Shown one piece after another: positions 7,776-17,940 of a DNA stretch of 48,221 bases. The number at the start of each line of letters is the position of its first letter. Within the stretch, counting starts at the first letter, position 1. Source of the stretch: a virus (lineage: Duplodnaviria > Caudoviricetes); the IMG/VR virus record IMGVR_UViG_3300031519_007785, positions 1 through 48,221 of that record. One strand, written 5' to 3'. The notes beneath the pieces are model-generated. The model did not search any database. It was not told the origin of the DNA and saw only the letters and a program-made list of their open reading frames with translations. Both the position numbers and the translations under genes were made by a program.

Positions 7776-9219
7776 AATTTATCTTTTCTATATTATACGG
7801 GTAATTGGCCTCTTTGTAAAACTTTTTCCTTGCCCCCAGGTGTCTTTTTGCAAACTTGCAAGAACTGGTAATATCCCATATCTGTACATTATCTTTGTCT
7901 TCGGCTTTCCTGATGCCACGTCCTATGCTCTGTATTACACGAACAAACGACTTGCCAGGCTCTATGAGAACAAGATTGAAAATACGAGGAATGTTAATAC
8001 CAACACTGGCAACTCCATATGTGGCAATAATAATTTTATTTGTTGCAGTAGATACTTCATCATATTGTTCCTTTCTGTCTATGTTTTTTGTTGATCCAGA
8101 TACAAAAACTGAATCTTTTAGATGTTCCTGTAATATTTGTCCTGCTGATATTCGGTCAACGAGTACTAGTGTATTGCCTGATGACGAAACGTCTTTTATG
8201 GTATTCGCCACCCATTTCATTCTGACTTTGTCTGTCGTAAGCCATTTTAATTCTTCTGCATATGTTTTGAACTGTGGGTGATCCTGTGTTTGTAAAACAT
8301 TTACATGACAGTTTGCTAGTACACCTTTATCTTGCAGTTCGCTGGCTTGTATCCTATGGGACACATCGCCTATGCTACATTTTAATCCCATGAATTCATA
8401 ATCTGCTTTTGGCACAGTACCTGTTAGTCCCCAACGTATACCACAGTGTGCGAATGGTCCAGTCAGCAATCTTTTAAGAACATCAGCTTTTGCCATATGC
8501 ACCTCATCTATTATTACTGTGTTGATTCCTTTTATTGCTTCTGCAAATGCTTCCGAGTGTTCGTCTTTACTTTTCTTTTCTAACACGTTCAGTGACTGCC
8601 ATGTTGCTATTGTGTTAAACCTACCTAGCTCTTTTCTATCTCCGTAGTATACTCCTACATCGAGATTACAAGCAATAAAATCTTCTTCTGTTTGTGTCAC
8701 AAGACTCTTGTTCGGAACAATAGTTAGTGTTCTTCCATATGGCTCGACTAGTTGGCATAGTGCCGCTGTGATGATTGTCTTTCCTGCACCTGTGGCAATC
8801 TCTTGAATACTCTGAGGATGTTCTATAAATTTGTTTATTGTTTCAACTTGATAATCTCTTAACTCAATAGACTGTCCTGCCATTGGATGTGTGTCGGGCC
8901 ATTTTATGTGTGATAGATAATCTTTGTCTACTGCTTGGAATTCAAAGTTGTGTTGTTCTCTTTGATCAACAACATCTATGTATACACCACCCTCATCTAG
9001 TATGGGCAGTATTTGATCCACGAGATTTAAGTAAGTTGTGCCACCTAACCCAAAGAATGAAACTTTACCATCCCATCTGCCTAGTTTCACTGCTGGAAGA
9101 TGTCTAGCATATGGTATCTCATATTTGAATTTATTGGATAGCCTCTTCCTCCATTCCAGGGAAAGATTCTCAAACTTCACGTTCACTTCGTCTTTTATTA
9201 CTAATTTACAACTGCTCAT
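7756..9219 (-). CDS. uvsW: UvsW-like superfamily 2 DNA helicase
   Basis: WDGKV, Q motif LRDYQ, Walker A ATGAGKT, DEVH, GLTGT, GINIP, QSIGRGIR. Confidence 0.92.
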   Translation of the reverse strand: MSSCKLVIKDEVNVKFENLSLEWRKRLSNKFKYEIPYARHLPAVKLGRWDGKVSFFGLGGTTYLNLVDQILPILDEGGVYIDVVDQREQHNFEFQAVDKDYLSHIKWPDTHPMAGQSIELRDYQVETINKFIEHPQSIQEIATGAGKTIITAALCQLVEPYGRTLTIVPNKSLVTQTEEDFIACNLDVGVYYGDRKELGRFNTIATWQSLNVLEKKSKDEHSEAFAEAIKGINTVIIDEVHMAKADVLKRLLTGPFAHCGIRWGLTGTVPKADYEFMGLKCSIGDVSHRIQASELQDKGVLANCHVNVLQTQDHPQFKTYAEELKWLTTDKVRMKWVANTIKDVSSSGNTLVLVDRISAGQILQEHLKDSVFVSGSTKNIDRKEQYDEVSTATNKIIIATYGVASVGINIPRIFNLVLIEPGKSFVRVIQSIGRGIRKAEDKDNVQIWDITSSCKFAKRHLGARKKFYKEANYPYNIEKINYENPYT

Positions 9220-9220
9220 T

Positions 9221-10576
9221 TTAAAGTTTTACTATAATGTGATCATGCCAATCCCAACTACTCGGTTGGTGATCACTATAATACAACTTTTTTGGAAGAT
9301 TTTCAAGCATTCTTTTCAGATTGTCTGTGCCTGTAGCATAATAACCACCACCCAGTGCAACCAATGACGCTTTTGGTTTTATCTTGCTTTTAATCAATGC
9401 CCTTGGTATCCTGTTCCTAACAAATATTATTTTGGTATTATCACTTATCAGTTTGAACTGCTTACTCATTTGGTGTAGCTCGTACAAGTTCTCAAAGAAA
9501 TCTTGTGACGAATCGTTATTGATTAGTGTGGATCTTTGATCCTTGCTTTCGTTATAATCTTTTGCGTATACAGGTTCTTTCACATCGAACCCCCAAGAGC
9601 AGTCGTTCAGTATGTCAATGCCGTATGCCTTAAAAGCATTCAGCCATTCCCAAAAATCTCGTACATCATCCTGCATATGTATGTCGCCGCTGACTGGCAT
9701 CATTAATGGAAAGCAATTTAGTTCTAGCAATCCCTTTACTACATCTTTCTTGGAGAAGTTTTTAGAATCTATCCATAACTTGTGGTAATTGTTGTGTGCT
9801 ATCTTGTGTCCTATGGTTGTGTCTGCTTGTACATCAATATTATTAGAAGATATGGAGAAGTTCTTCAACGAGTCTACTTGTGTCAGTGCCGTTTTATCTT
9901 TTAAGTTCTCGCTCCAATATTCTTGTAATGATTCCGAAGCGTCACTCAACACAATCTCTCCACCTACTAATCTTGCAGTGGGTTTACGATGTCCTGTTAT
10001 TTCTTTCTTTATTTCTTCATAATCGTTCAGTAGATGGTCATCGCTGAATTTAAAGTTGTATCTCACTGCTATCAGGGTAAGATAGTATGCGGTGACATCA
10101 CTGTGTATGAAAGTCCACTTCTTGGCCTCGCCATCGTACTGGCTGTAACCTGCAGGCATGTCCCGTGCATCTTTCATGCATCTGATAAGTTGGATGACTT
10201 TCTTGTTGTATGGAAATCTCATCTCTATACGATCCACGTTGTCATCGTCTGTGTATTTCTCTATGCTCTTGTCAAAACTTATCACACGGAATTCTTCCTC
10301 GTACTCTGGTTTGTCTAACAACTTCTTTATGTCCATGCCATGTGCCTGAAACTTTGTGAGGTATCTTTTAAGTATCACGAGGGCTAATCTGCCTTGTTTT
10401 TCTGTCCATGGATATTGGCATTCTGCTAGAGATCTTACTGTTTCATAATCTTTTGGATGAGGCTTTATCTGGCTCTTTTGGGTCGATTGAGTGTCTGCCC
10501 AAAAATAATCATTATATGCTAGTATTTTAAGTGCTTCGTTAATTGTTTTTGGTAAATCTGTGTGCATATTGTCCAT
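9221..10576 (-). CDS. Hypothetical protein (~451 aa) with a putative HARP-like domain; start revised to ATG 10576
   Basis: IEMRFPYNKKVIQLIRCMK...YSQYDGEAKKWTF resembles the HARP FxY..(I/V)...YD...KxW pattern. The ORF-track extension to 10852 is antisense to the SprT gene. Confidence 0.65.
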   Translation of the reverse strand: MDNMHTDLPKTINEALKILAYNDYFWADTQSTQKSQIKPHPKDYETVRSLAECQYPWTEKQGRLALVILKRYLTKFQAHGMDIKKLLDKPEYEEEFRVISFDKSIEKYTDDDNVDRIEMRFPYNKKVIQLIRCMKDARDMPAGYSQYDGEAKKWTFIHSDVTAYYLTLIAVRYNFKFSDDHLLNDYEEIKKEITGHRKPTARLVGGEIVLSDASESLQEYWSENLKDKTALTQVDSLKNFSISSNNIDVQADTTIGHKIAHNNYHKLWIDSKNFSKKDVVKGLLELNCFPLMMPVSGDIHMQDDVRDFWEWLNAFKAYGIDILNDCSWGFDVKEPVYAKDYNESKDQRSTLINNDSSQDFFENLYELHQMSKQFKLISDNTKIIFVRNRIPRALIKSKIKPKASLVALGGGYYATGTDNLKRMLENLPKKLYYSDHQPSSWDWHDHIIVKL

Positions 10577-10598
10577 GTGTTTTAAGATAATTATTAAT

Positions 10599-10626
10599 AG
10601 TATAGCATAATTGGTAATACTGTCAA
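10599..10626 (-). promoter_or_regulatory. Sigma70-type promoter for the 10576-uvsW replication operon
   Basis: Minus strand TTGACA-16 nt-TATACT with an extended -10 TG. Confidence 0.6.
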
Positions 10627-10628
10627 CC

Positions 10629-11111
10629 ATGAAAAAAACTAGTAAAAAGACTGTCACAGTCAGGAAACAATTAAAAATTAAATTAGAAAATACTCTGACT
10701 AGACAAAAGAATGTTAGGAACTTCAAACCCACACACTCATTAATGGTAACTTGGTTCAAACAGTTGAACAAGGGATTATTTGGTAGTAAATTACCCGTAG
10801 TGCCGTTGTATCTAGTAAGGATGACAGGTGACTGGGGTAGATGTTGGGCCAATTGGGATAACAGGAAATGTAGGAAAGGAACATGCGATCAAAGTGTAAT
10901 TCCTTATGGTAAGACAGAAATTGACTTTGCTATTGAACTGCATACCACTTATCCAACGTTTAGAGATTTTATAGAAACATTGGCACACGAAATGGTACAC
11001 TTGTATCAGATGACGATCATACAAGATCCATACTCAAATCACAATGCTAACTTTTTTGCCTTCAGGAACAAGTTTAAAAGTGCTGGACTGTTTCTATCAA
11101 GAACCGGCTAA
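10629..11111 (+). CDS. SprT-like zinc metalloprotease
   Basis: F..LN..LF...LP, WGRC, TLAHEMVHLYQ (HExxH) and a downstream NHNANF third His; ATG at 10629. Confidence 0.8.
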   Translation: MKKTSKKTVTVRKQLKIKLENTLTRQKNVRNFKPTHSLMVTWFKQLNKGLFGSKLPVVPLYLVRMTGDWGRCWANWDNRKCRKGTCDQSVIPYGKTEIDFAIELHTTYPTFRDFIETLAHEMVHLYQMTIIQDPYSNHNANFFAFRNKFKSAGLFLSRTG

Positions 11112-11852
11112 TACAGTCTCTTCAAACTCTTTGTAACTTATAACCTTGCTGTTACCCAGGTCGGTTCCTGTCTGTAAGTGATTGAAGTAATCAGGTGGAT
11201 TATCATGCACCACTGTATAATTGACATAAGGTCTCATCTTCAACATGTCACGGAACTGTTTCAACCACCCATCAAAAATTGTATCAGCATGTCTTTCGCC
11301 GTAGCATTCTGTCTCTTGATAGATGTTGTTCAACTGATCTTTACCGTACTCTCTGAAGTCATACCCTATGAGATATATGTTCTTGTGGCCATGCACTCCT
11401 GCTGTCCAGAACGCTTGGTTGCCTGAGATCCAGTGTGGGTTGTTTGGAATAAGATGTATCATGCCTTTTGCATGTCTCCTGTTTACTTCCAGAGATGGAG
11501 CATAGTGTATGGTCTGACGTCCCACTTTGTCTAAACACATCTGTGCAGTCATTTTAGCATCAACACTGAAAATAAAGTCAGGCCAAAAATCTCTATACAA
11601 GGCATTACAACCGTATGTTTGGCCTGTTGCTTTCAACCTGTTAAGGTCAAGACCCTTACGTGAAGGTCCGTTACCTATGCAGTATGCATTTCCTCTCGGC
11701 ACTGCTTTAACTTTGTCTTCAAAAAATTCTTTTTCGTATACACGTTTACTATTACGAATAATTGTGTTTACAATTATTTCCTCTCCATCATACGGTTTCC
11801 ACTCTATTGGTTCTATTATATTTCTTTTGTTGACGTTGAATGTTTCTACCAT
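11097..11852 (-). CDS. DUF115/Maf-like (sialyltransferase-fold) glycosyltransferase-like protein
   Basis: CIGNGPSR, YGCNALYRD..PD....VD, ISG..A, IYLIGYD; the start at 11852 gives TAATG coupling. Confidence 0.7.
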   Translation of the reverse strand: MVETFNVNKRNIIEPIEWKPYDGEEIIVNTIIRNSKRVYEKEFFEDKVKAVPRGNAYCIGNGPSRKGLDLNRLKATGQTYGCNALYRDFWPDFIFSVDAKMTAQMCLDKVGRQTIHYAPSLEVNRRHAKGMIHLIPNNPHWISGNQAFWTAGVHGHKNIYLIGYDFREYGKDQLNNIYQETECYGERHADTIFDGWLKQFRDMLKMRPYVNYTVVHDNPPDYFNHLQTGTDLGNSKVISYKEFEETVLAGS

Positions 11853-12724
11853 TATAGATATTTTTCCTCTAGTCTTTTCTTTATTCTTCTCCATGGCAGA
11901 CCTTGTTCTATTTCTTCAGTCCACCATTCTGTGTATGACAGTTTGTTGGCCCACTTTTGTCTATGGGGCATATTGGGATTGTTGATGTTGTCAAATGATG
12001 TATTGCCAACCTCGTAACTTAGACTTGCCTCTGACACATACACTGGTATTCCATGCATGGCCGCAGTGATGGCAGGATTGCTGGAATAACTTACAAGTGC
12101 CCATGCCGACTTCAATCGTTCCGTAAGGTCTGTGTCGTCGTATGTGCTGGAATCTCTTTTAGGACCTACTATTTTTACGTTCTTATATTTTGTAGTATCT
12201 ATACTAACATGATTCCTTGGATGCGGTCTGATAACAATGGGTCTGTCTGTGTATTTTCTGATTTCATTTATCTGTTGGTCAAACCAGTTTGCCATGGGTG
12301 GATTGTTCCTCCACTGATGACTGCTTCCGTGTTGTCCACAAATTATAATGTTTTCGCCTGTCTGGTTCCATGGTTTTATATCAACGTTGAATTTTTTCCA
12401 ACGTTCTGCATCTACGATTTCATTGGCAAAATCAGCTTCTCTGTTGATTCCGTTTATTCCTATTTTCCATGTCTCATTTCTTTTTATGCCGCCGACTTCG
12501 ATGACAACGACAGGCTTGTTTTTTTTTCTGTATCGTTCCCAAATGTCCTTGTATTTCCGCATGCGACCTTGCCACAGTACACTCCAAATTACTGCCACAT
12601 CTGCATCGGGTACTTGCTTGTTTACGTACACTTCTTCTCCGGATGCACGTAAGGATTTAATAAATTTATCGAATACATCTTTTGAATTCAAAGGACCATG
12701 TTGCGGCCATATCTCTATTTTCAT
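11852..12724 (-). CDS. KpsC/KpsS-like (capsule synthesis) GT-B glycosyltransferase, paralog 1
   Basis: IEVGG, CGQ, IVIRPHP, SYSSNPAITAAMHGIPVYV, R..W...LSY..W...E...G. Confidence 0.7.
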   Translation of the reverse strand: MKIEIWPQHGPLNSKDVFDKFIKSLRASGEEVYVNKQVPDADVAVIWSVLWQGRMRKYKDIWERYRKKNKPVVVIEVGGIKRNETWKIGINGINREADFANEIVDAERWKKFNVDIKPWNQTGENIIICGQHGSSHQWRNNPPMANWFDQQINEIRKYTDRPIVIRPHPRNHVSIDTTKYKNVKIVGPKRDSSTYDDTDLTERLKSAWALVSYSSNPAITAAMHGIPVYVSEASLSYEVGNTSFDNINNPNMPHRQKWANKLSYTEWWTEEIEQGLPWRRIKKRLEEKYL

Positions 12725-13644
12725 TAGTTGCCTTGCTTTCCTTTTGCAACTTTACTCACTATGTCTTCTGCTTGTTTGGGATCAAACTTCACACCACCGA
12801 ACGGGTCATAGTTTTCCACGTTCTTCCAATATTCTTCATTTCGATTGCCACGCAGGTCGCTCTTACTACTTTTCCCTAGCACTTTCCTTTTACCCTTCAT
12901 GTGATCTACATAAGCACCCAGCACACTGTTTATGAAAATATGATGTCCTTTTGCTCCTGCGCCCTTACCTATGTCTACGCCATCGTTGGGTGCTATCCTT
13001 TTCACACATTGCCAGAACACATAGCTGTCGTGCCATTCTAGTTCTTTGAATATTGTGTCATTGACATAAAGGTCAGTCCAGTACTTCATGAAGTCGGTTA
13101 CCTTTGGGTGCCTCTTGTTGTAGCACACCCACCCACACTCCGGATACTTTTCTCCCCTGCCCAGGAAGTTCACAAGTTTATCCTTTGGCAACAGGCCTGT
13201 CACGAAGTCTGTGGTGATTTTTCTGAATGTGTATGTGTCAGCGTCCAGCCATAGTATGTAGTCTGCGTCTATGTTTTTAATTGCATGATCCACCGCAAAT
13301 GTTTTGTGAGAGAATCTCACTGCGTCCCACAAGTAAGAGCCCTTGCCTTTGTCGCTTTTGCCTGCGGTTGGATCTCTCCTCACACCACCTCGTATTTCTG
13401 TGACTTCACCGTTGGCGACAGGATCGTCTTTGTGTCGGTCCTTGAACTTTACAAGTTCTGTGTTTGCTTCTTCTATATTGATAAATTTAACTTTGCTGTG
13501 TTCAAAATCTGGTTTAGGCCCTTCATGATAGGCATAGAGAACTACATCATCGGGCCAAAATTTAACATGGCTCTCGATCATCCTCTTTGCGTATGTGGTC
13601 CACCTGTTTGGTGGGAATGTTGTTACGACTGCTAGACTGCTCAT
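12724..13644 (-). CDS. GT-A fold glycosyltransferase
   Basis: RFSHK..A, ILWLDADT (DxD), ECG, WHDSYVF, DHMKG. Confidence 0.75.
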   Translation of the reverse strand: MSSLAVVTTFPPNRWTTYAKRMIESHVKFWPDDVVLYAYHEGPKPDFEHSKVKFINIEEANTELVKFKDRHKDDPVANGEVTEIRGGVRRDPTAGKSDKGKGSYLWDAVRFSHKTFAVDHAIKNIDADYILWLDADTYTFRKITTDFVTGLLPKDKLVNFLGRGEKYPECGWVCYNKRHPKVTDFMKYWTDLYVNDTIFKELEWHDSYVFWQCVKRIAPNDGVDIGKGAGAKGHHIFINSVLGAYVDHMKGKRKVLGKSSKSDLRGNRNEEYWKNVENYDPFGGVKFDPKQAEDIVSKVAKGKQGN

Positions 13645-13646
13645 GA

Positions 13647-15380
13647 CTAATATTTAATCTTGTACATTTCCTTCCAACTTTTATATGCCCAGCTCGGTAC
13701 TAGACTTTTACCAATTTTTGCATTGAGTGTGACTGAATCAATTTGGTTGTCATCTCCCATTGCGGTCTCATAAAAATTATTTAGATCTTGATCCACTTTT
13801 GATTTCAACCAATGTCCGATCGGTACAGTCCACCCTGTCTTACTTTTATTTGTTATTTTATTTGGGAGTAATTTTTTATATGCTTTCTTGCTAAGGAGTT
13901 TTGTGTCTCGTTCTGCTCCTCCTATTTTGTACTTGGTGGGTATGTTTAAACAGTACTGCATGAAAAATTTTGATGCCAATGGAAATCTTCCTTCCATTCC
14001 GTATGCCATGCCGTACTTGTCATTCCTGCTGAAAAATTCTACTGGTACCTGTGTTACACAGTCCAATGCCATGTATGAAGCGGTAGGATCATTTTTATTC
14101 CATAATTCGTCTGAATAGCATTGTCCAAATTCTTTTAGTAATATATCATCGGGTAAAATATTTTTAGTCAATCTTCTAGGCCTTTTTATCCGATTCATCC
14201 AATGTCTTAACACATGTATCCATTTTTTCATTTTCACCCTTCCATGTAAGATGTGTTGGTACTTGGTATATCCACCGAGTATCTCATCTCCCATGTCTCC
14301 CGCCATCGTTACAATAATTCCGTTGTGGGCTAAAACTTTATTTGTGTGCAAGTACATGGCAGAGTTTGGAGTGTACACTGGTTGTTCGCCAAAGTACACA
14401 GAGTCATTCCACGATTCCATGAATATTTTTGGTGTAATTTCAACTTCTGCATGACAGAAGTCCTCCTGTTCTGCAAGGACCTTGGCCGCCACAGCGTCAC
14501 TGTTGAAGTCTTCTGTGTCTACGTCTAGCTCCGGAGCAGGACTAAATTTGTTTGTAAAGGTAAACACCTGGTCCTGGATCTTGCCCAGCTCGTAAGCAAC
14601 CACACTGGAATCTAGACCACCACTCAAAAACACTCCAATTTTCCTTTGTCCTATCGAGCAACGTTTTACTGCCTGGCCTAGTTGTTCTCGGAATTCATTA
14701 GGATTGAACTTTGTGTTGCTGTTTGGTTTGATGTATATTCTTTTTGTGTCTATAATTTTTTTATTTTTTACGTCCCACACTATTGTTTCTCCTGGCAGTA
14801 ATTTTTTTATGCCACTGAACAATGTATTTCTCAAAGGATTCAATCCTGCTCTACTTTGGAAACTTGCGGCCAGGTGATCTAGTTTCCTTGAACCAGGCAC
14901 TTTGTCCAACATGCCCTTCAATTCTGATCCGAACACAAGACCTTGATCTATTTGTGCATAGTATAGCGGTTTAATTCCTGCATGATCTCTGCTCAGGGTA
15001 ATTCTGTCTTTGTCTATTTCATAATAAGCAAACCCGTGCATTGAATCTATTTCATCTATGAATTTAAGACCAAATCTGTCCAATCCCCATGCAAGTAATT
15101 CTGTATCACACCCTGTGGTGTCTGTGAAGTCTTTGTATTTTTGTTTCAACTCGTAGTAATTGAATATTTCACCATTGTAAACCAACCTGTTTCCGTTAGG
15201 TGTTTTCCACGGCTGTTTAGATTTCTCCGGGTCAGCCATTATACTCAAAAGATTATGTCCTAGCGTGACACTGTCGCATGACCATGTACTGCTTCCGTCA
15301 GGCCCTCTGTGGGAACAGATATGCATGTATTCATTAATGAAATTCTCGTCATGGGCGGTTATACCGTATATGCCACACAT
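13647..15380 (-). CDS. asnB: Asparagine synthase (glutamine-hydrolysing)-family amidotransferase
   Basis: N-terminal MCGI (Ntn Cys), HRGPD, YNGEIFN, RDHAGIKPLYY, LSGGLDSS, GDE, EGRFP, K.G...P. Confidence 0.92.
   Translation of the reverse strand: MCGIYGITAHDENFINEYMHICSHRGPDGSSTWSCDSVTLGHNLLSIMADPEKSKQPWKTPNGNRLVYNGEIFNYYELKQKYKDFTDTTGCDTELLAWGLDRFGLKFIDEIDSMHGFAYYEIDKDRITLSRDHAGIKPLYYAQIDQGLVFGSELKGMLDKVPGSRKLDHLAASFQSRAGLNPLRNTLFSGIKKLLPGETIVWDVKNKKIIDTKRIYIKPNSNTKFNPNEFREQLGQAVKRCSIGQRKIGVFLSGGLDSSVVAYELGKIQDQVFTFTNKFSPAPELDVDTEDFNSDAVAAKVLAEQEDFCHAEVEITPKIFMESWNDSVYFGEQPVYTPNSAMYLHTNKVLAHNGIIVTMAGDMGDEILGGYTKYQHILHGRVKMKKWIHVLRHWMNRIKRPRRLTKNILPDDILLKEFGQCYSDELWNKNDPTASYMALDCVTQVPVEFFSRNDKYGMAYGMEGRFPLASKFFMQYCLNIPTKYKIGGAERDTKLLSKKAYKKLLPNKITNKSKTGWTVPIGHWLKSKVDQDLNNFYETAMGDDNQIDSVTLNAKIGKSLVPSWAYKSWKEMYKIKY
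13651..13656 (-). promoter_or_regulatory. TAAATA late-type promoter, 6 nt before the ATG at 13644
   Basis: Minus strand TTAAATA-ttagtc-ATG; no SD. Confidence 0.6.
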
Positions 15381-16363
15381 TACAGACCCAGTTTTGATTT
15401 GAACCTTTTGTAAACAGTGCTGTCTTTTATTTCTTTGATGCTCCAGAGTTTGTACCCAAGATCATGAACCCACTGAGTCCTGTCCGGGGTCTTTGGTGTC
15501 TCTATGTCGTTGAGATCTTTGTTGCAGACGTCCCAACACAGTGCTAGATCTGATGTGCAGAAAGTTGGTATTCCCCTTATGCAACTGTCCACACTGGCTG
15601 TGGAGTTATGTGTTACTACGGCGTGTGCGTTTGTGATTGCTTCCTGGAAATGGAACCTGTAGTATTTTTTCTCGTCACCTTTGAAATGTTTTTGAGTGTA
15701 TTGAATTTCAACATCATCGGGCAGTTCATTCTCACGTTCTAGTGTGTTGGATACATTATTAGGATGAGGACGTACAATAAATTTTCTATCTGTTGCAGGC
15801 CTTAGTTTTTCATAGACTCCGTTGAACCAATCTATAGGATCTAGTTCATTCATGCTCCAGTTGTCCTTTGGTTGCATGACGAATATGATTGGATCATCCT
15901 GATTGGATTTCCTCCATGGCTCATATTTCACATTGAATTTTTTGACCAACATGTCCCAACGATCTCCTGGACTGTTATCAGACAGGAAGTCGCCGTCGTT
16001 CATGGGTGTGTATAATGATACCCTAAAATGATGATCGGGAGAAGTTGACACATTGCCAAAACTACTTAATAAGCCTCCGTCAAATGTTATCAAAGGAATT
16101 TTCTTTGCTCTACAGTTGTCGGCCAGTTCCCTACGTCTGCCTTTTGTGTGGTGCATCTGCTTGTCTCCGCCATATCCAAACATTGCGGCCATGGGTGCAG
16201 TTGGGGTCATTTCACCTTCTACCGTTGGACCAGATCTGTTTTCGTTTACAATTATGGCTTCATCGCCCGCGGACTCTATCCCTTTTTTAAGATGGTAAAG
16301 AAGTTCATAACTGTTCCCACGTTTACGATCCTTTACCGTCCTACGGAATATTTCAACTTTCAT
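15380..16363 (-). CDS. KpsC/KpsS-like GT-B glycosyltransferase, paralog 2
   Basis: MQPKDNWS, FIVRPHP, VTHNSTASVDSCIRGIPTF, R.QW...LGY..W; ATG at 16363. Confidence 0.7.
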   Translation of the reverse strand: MKVEIFRRTVKDRKRGNSYELLYHLKKGIESAGDEAIIVNENRSGPTVEGEMTPTAPMAAMFGYGGDKQMHHTKGRRRELADNCRAKKIPLITFDGGLLSSFGNVSTSPDHHFRVSLYTPMNDGDFLSDNSPGDRWDMLVKKFNVKYEPWRKSNQDDPIIFVMQPKDNWSMNELDPIDWFNGVYEKLRPATDRKFIVRPHPNNVSNTLERENELPDDVEIQYTQKHFKGDEKKYYRFHFQEAITNAHAVVTHNSTASVDSCIRGIPTFCTSDLALCWDVCNKDLNDIETPKTPDRTQWVHDLGYKLWSIKEIKDSTVYKRFKSKLGL

Positions 16364-17141
16364 CAACGTCCTTCCTGATGAAGATCAGTTCCATCATTTT
16401 TTTATCTCTTTTCCTGTTTATGTAGATATTATACTGTGTTTGGTGCAAATTGTAAAGCTCTCTGACTTTATCAAATGCCTGCTCTATGGACGTGCCGACT
16501 GTTAATTCTATCTCGGTCACCCAAAATTTAACATCTAGGTTAGCAATTTCTTTACCAACTTCATACCACAGCCCTTCAACATCTGTTTTGAGTATGTCCA
16601 CACTGTCCCACTCAAACTCCTTCATTATTGTGGTTATATTTTTGCACTCCACGTCAACAGTTGGTAAATTGTTACCTAGGTTGACCAAGGAGTAACTGGC
16701 CGGCACTGGTAACTTATTCCAATTATCTTTGTGCCCTTCTGGTGGGTAAAAAGTGAAAGTTCCGTTTTTTGGTCCATAGGCTACAGGATAGAATTTAAGA
16801 CAGTTATCAATTATCCTTTGGCTTATTTTGGGACCTTTCCTAATACTTTCAAAATAATGTTTTCCACCACTACGTAGGATTCTTTTTATATAGAATTTCG
16901 TGGCAGGTGTTGGATCAAACATACGTACGTCAAGTCCTCGATTGTCTACGCATATCAGTTTCTCAAAATGGGCATCTGCCCCTATTCCAAAGCTCAACAC
17001 TCTTTTAGAATTCATGACATGGTATTCAGGCACGTGATAATTGCGATAAAGTTTGAAATTATGGGTTTTAAAAAGTTCTTCTTCGAATTTTCTAATTTGT
17101 CCTATTACTTCTGCGTCCTCCGGGTTGATACTATCAGCCAT
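16353..17141 (-). CDS. FkbM-like SAM-dependent methyltransferase
   Basis: VLSFGIGADAHFE, MFDPTP, VDILKTDVEG. Confidence 0.7.
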   Translation of the reverse strand: MADSINPEDAEVIGQIRKFEEELFKTHNFKLYRNYHVPEYHVMNSKRVLSFGIGADAHFEKLICVDNRGLDVRMFDPTPATKFYIKRILRSGGKHYFESIRKGPKISQRIIDNCLKFYPVAYGPKNGTFTFYPPEGHKDNWNKLPVPASYSLVNLGNNLPTVDVECKNITTIMKEFEWDSVDILKTDVEGLWYEVGKEIANLDVKFWVTEIELTVGTSIEQAFDKVRELYNLHQTQYNIYINRKRDKKMMELIFIRKDVDES

Positions 17142-17940
17142 TCAACATACTCCATGCTGTTCCGTCGGTCATTTCTTTCAGACTATAGTTGTTGTAGGCA
17201 AGGCTTGAAAACAGTGCAACTCTATCGCCGTACTGTGGGGTTTCAATCTTTGTGAAATCTGTTTCTGATATTGGGGCCGCCGCACTGTTATTGGGATCAC
17301 AGAATACAGGTACACCATTTGCCAGGCTGGCCACCATGGTGTTGGAGTTGTAGGTCACTGTTGCGTGATACTCGTGCCAGTCGATGTTGCCCTTGTGTAC
17401 TGTGGGCTTGTCCACTTTCACAGTGGCGCCAACATGATCAACGGCAATTGTTGGATTGTACGGTTTCTCTCTTATGTCTATTTGTCTGTCTGTGTTTTGT
17501 TTCAGTGTGTTGATTGTGTTGTCCAACCAATCTTTTGCATCAAAGAAGTTTGCTATTGCATTTGTTGGAGGCAACACTAGGATTTTTTTTCCTTTGTTCC
17601 ATGGTTTGATGTCTTGTTTGAAATGCTTCTCATATCTATCTGTTGGCCTTTTTTGTAATATGTTTTGACAGTGTTTGTTCTTGGTTATACGTAACCAGTG
17701 TGGACTGTCATGTGCATTTGTGAAATATCCATGATCCATAAAATAGAAATCTCTGTACTCCTTCTCACACCATTTGTACACCTCACCGGAACCCGCTAGT
17801 ATACCGTACATGGTCAAATTCTCTTCAGGTAATAATTTTAAATCTCTGAATTGATATACCTTACCCTTTCCAGACCCATTGACGAAAGCATCTACATAAC
17901 GCTGTGTCCTCGGTTTGGTTGTGTGTATTCCTGCTATCAT
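17134..17940 (-). CDS. KpsC/KpsS-like GT-B glycosyltransferase, paralog 3
   Basis: MDHGYF, ILVLPP, IREKP, VTYNSNTMVASLANGVPVF, R......LAY. Confidence 0.68.
   Translation of the reverse strand: MIAGIHTTKPRTQRYVDAFVNGSGKGKVYQFRDLKLLPEENLTMYGILAGSGEVYKWCEKEYRDFYFMDHGYFTNAHDSPHWLRITKNKHCQNILQKRPTDRYEKHFKQDIKPWNKGKKILVLPPTNAIANFFDAKDWLDNTINTLKQNTDRQIDIREKPYNPTIAVDHVGATVKVDKPTVHKGNIDWHEYHATVTYNSNTMVASLANGVPVFCDPNNSAAAPISETDFTKIETPQYGDRVALFSSLAYNNYSLKEMTDGTAWSMLNG

Noticed and set aside
10577-10852. N-terminal extension of the 543-aa ORF containing an apparent hydrophobic/TM segment
   Set aside because: It is the antisense of the Lys-rich SprT start, and a sigma70 promoter at 10599-10626 lies inside it; the real start is near 10576.
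13647-15380. asnB as an amino-acid biosynthesis auxiliary gene or lasso-peptide cyclase
   Set aside because: It has an intact N-terminal Cys glutaminase domain, is embedded among glycosyltransferases, and no lasso precursor or B protein is visible; glycan amidation is more parsimonious.
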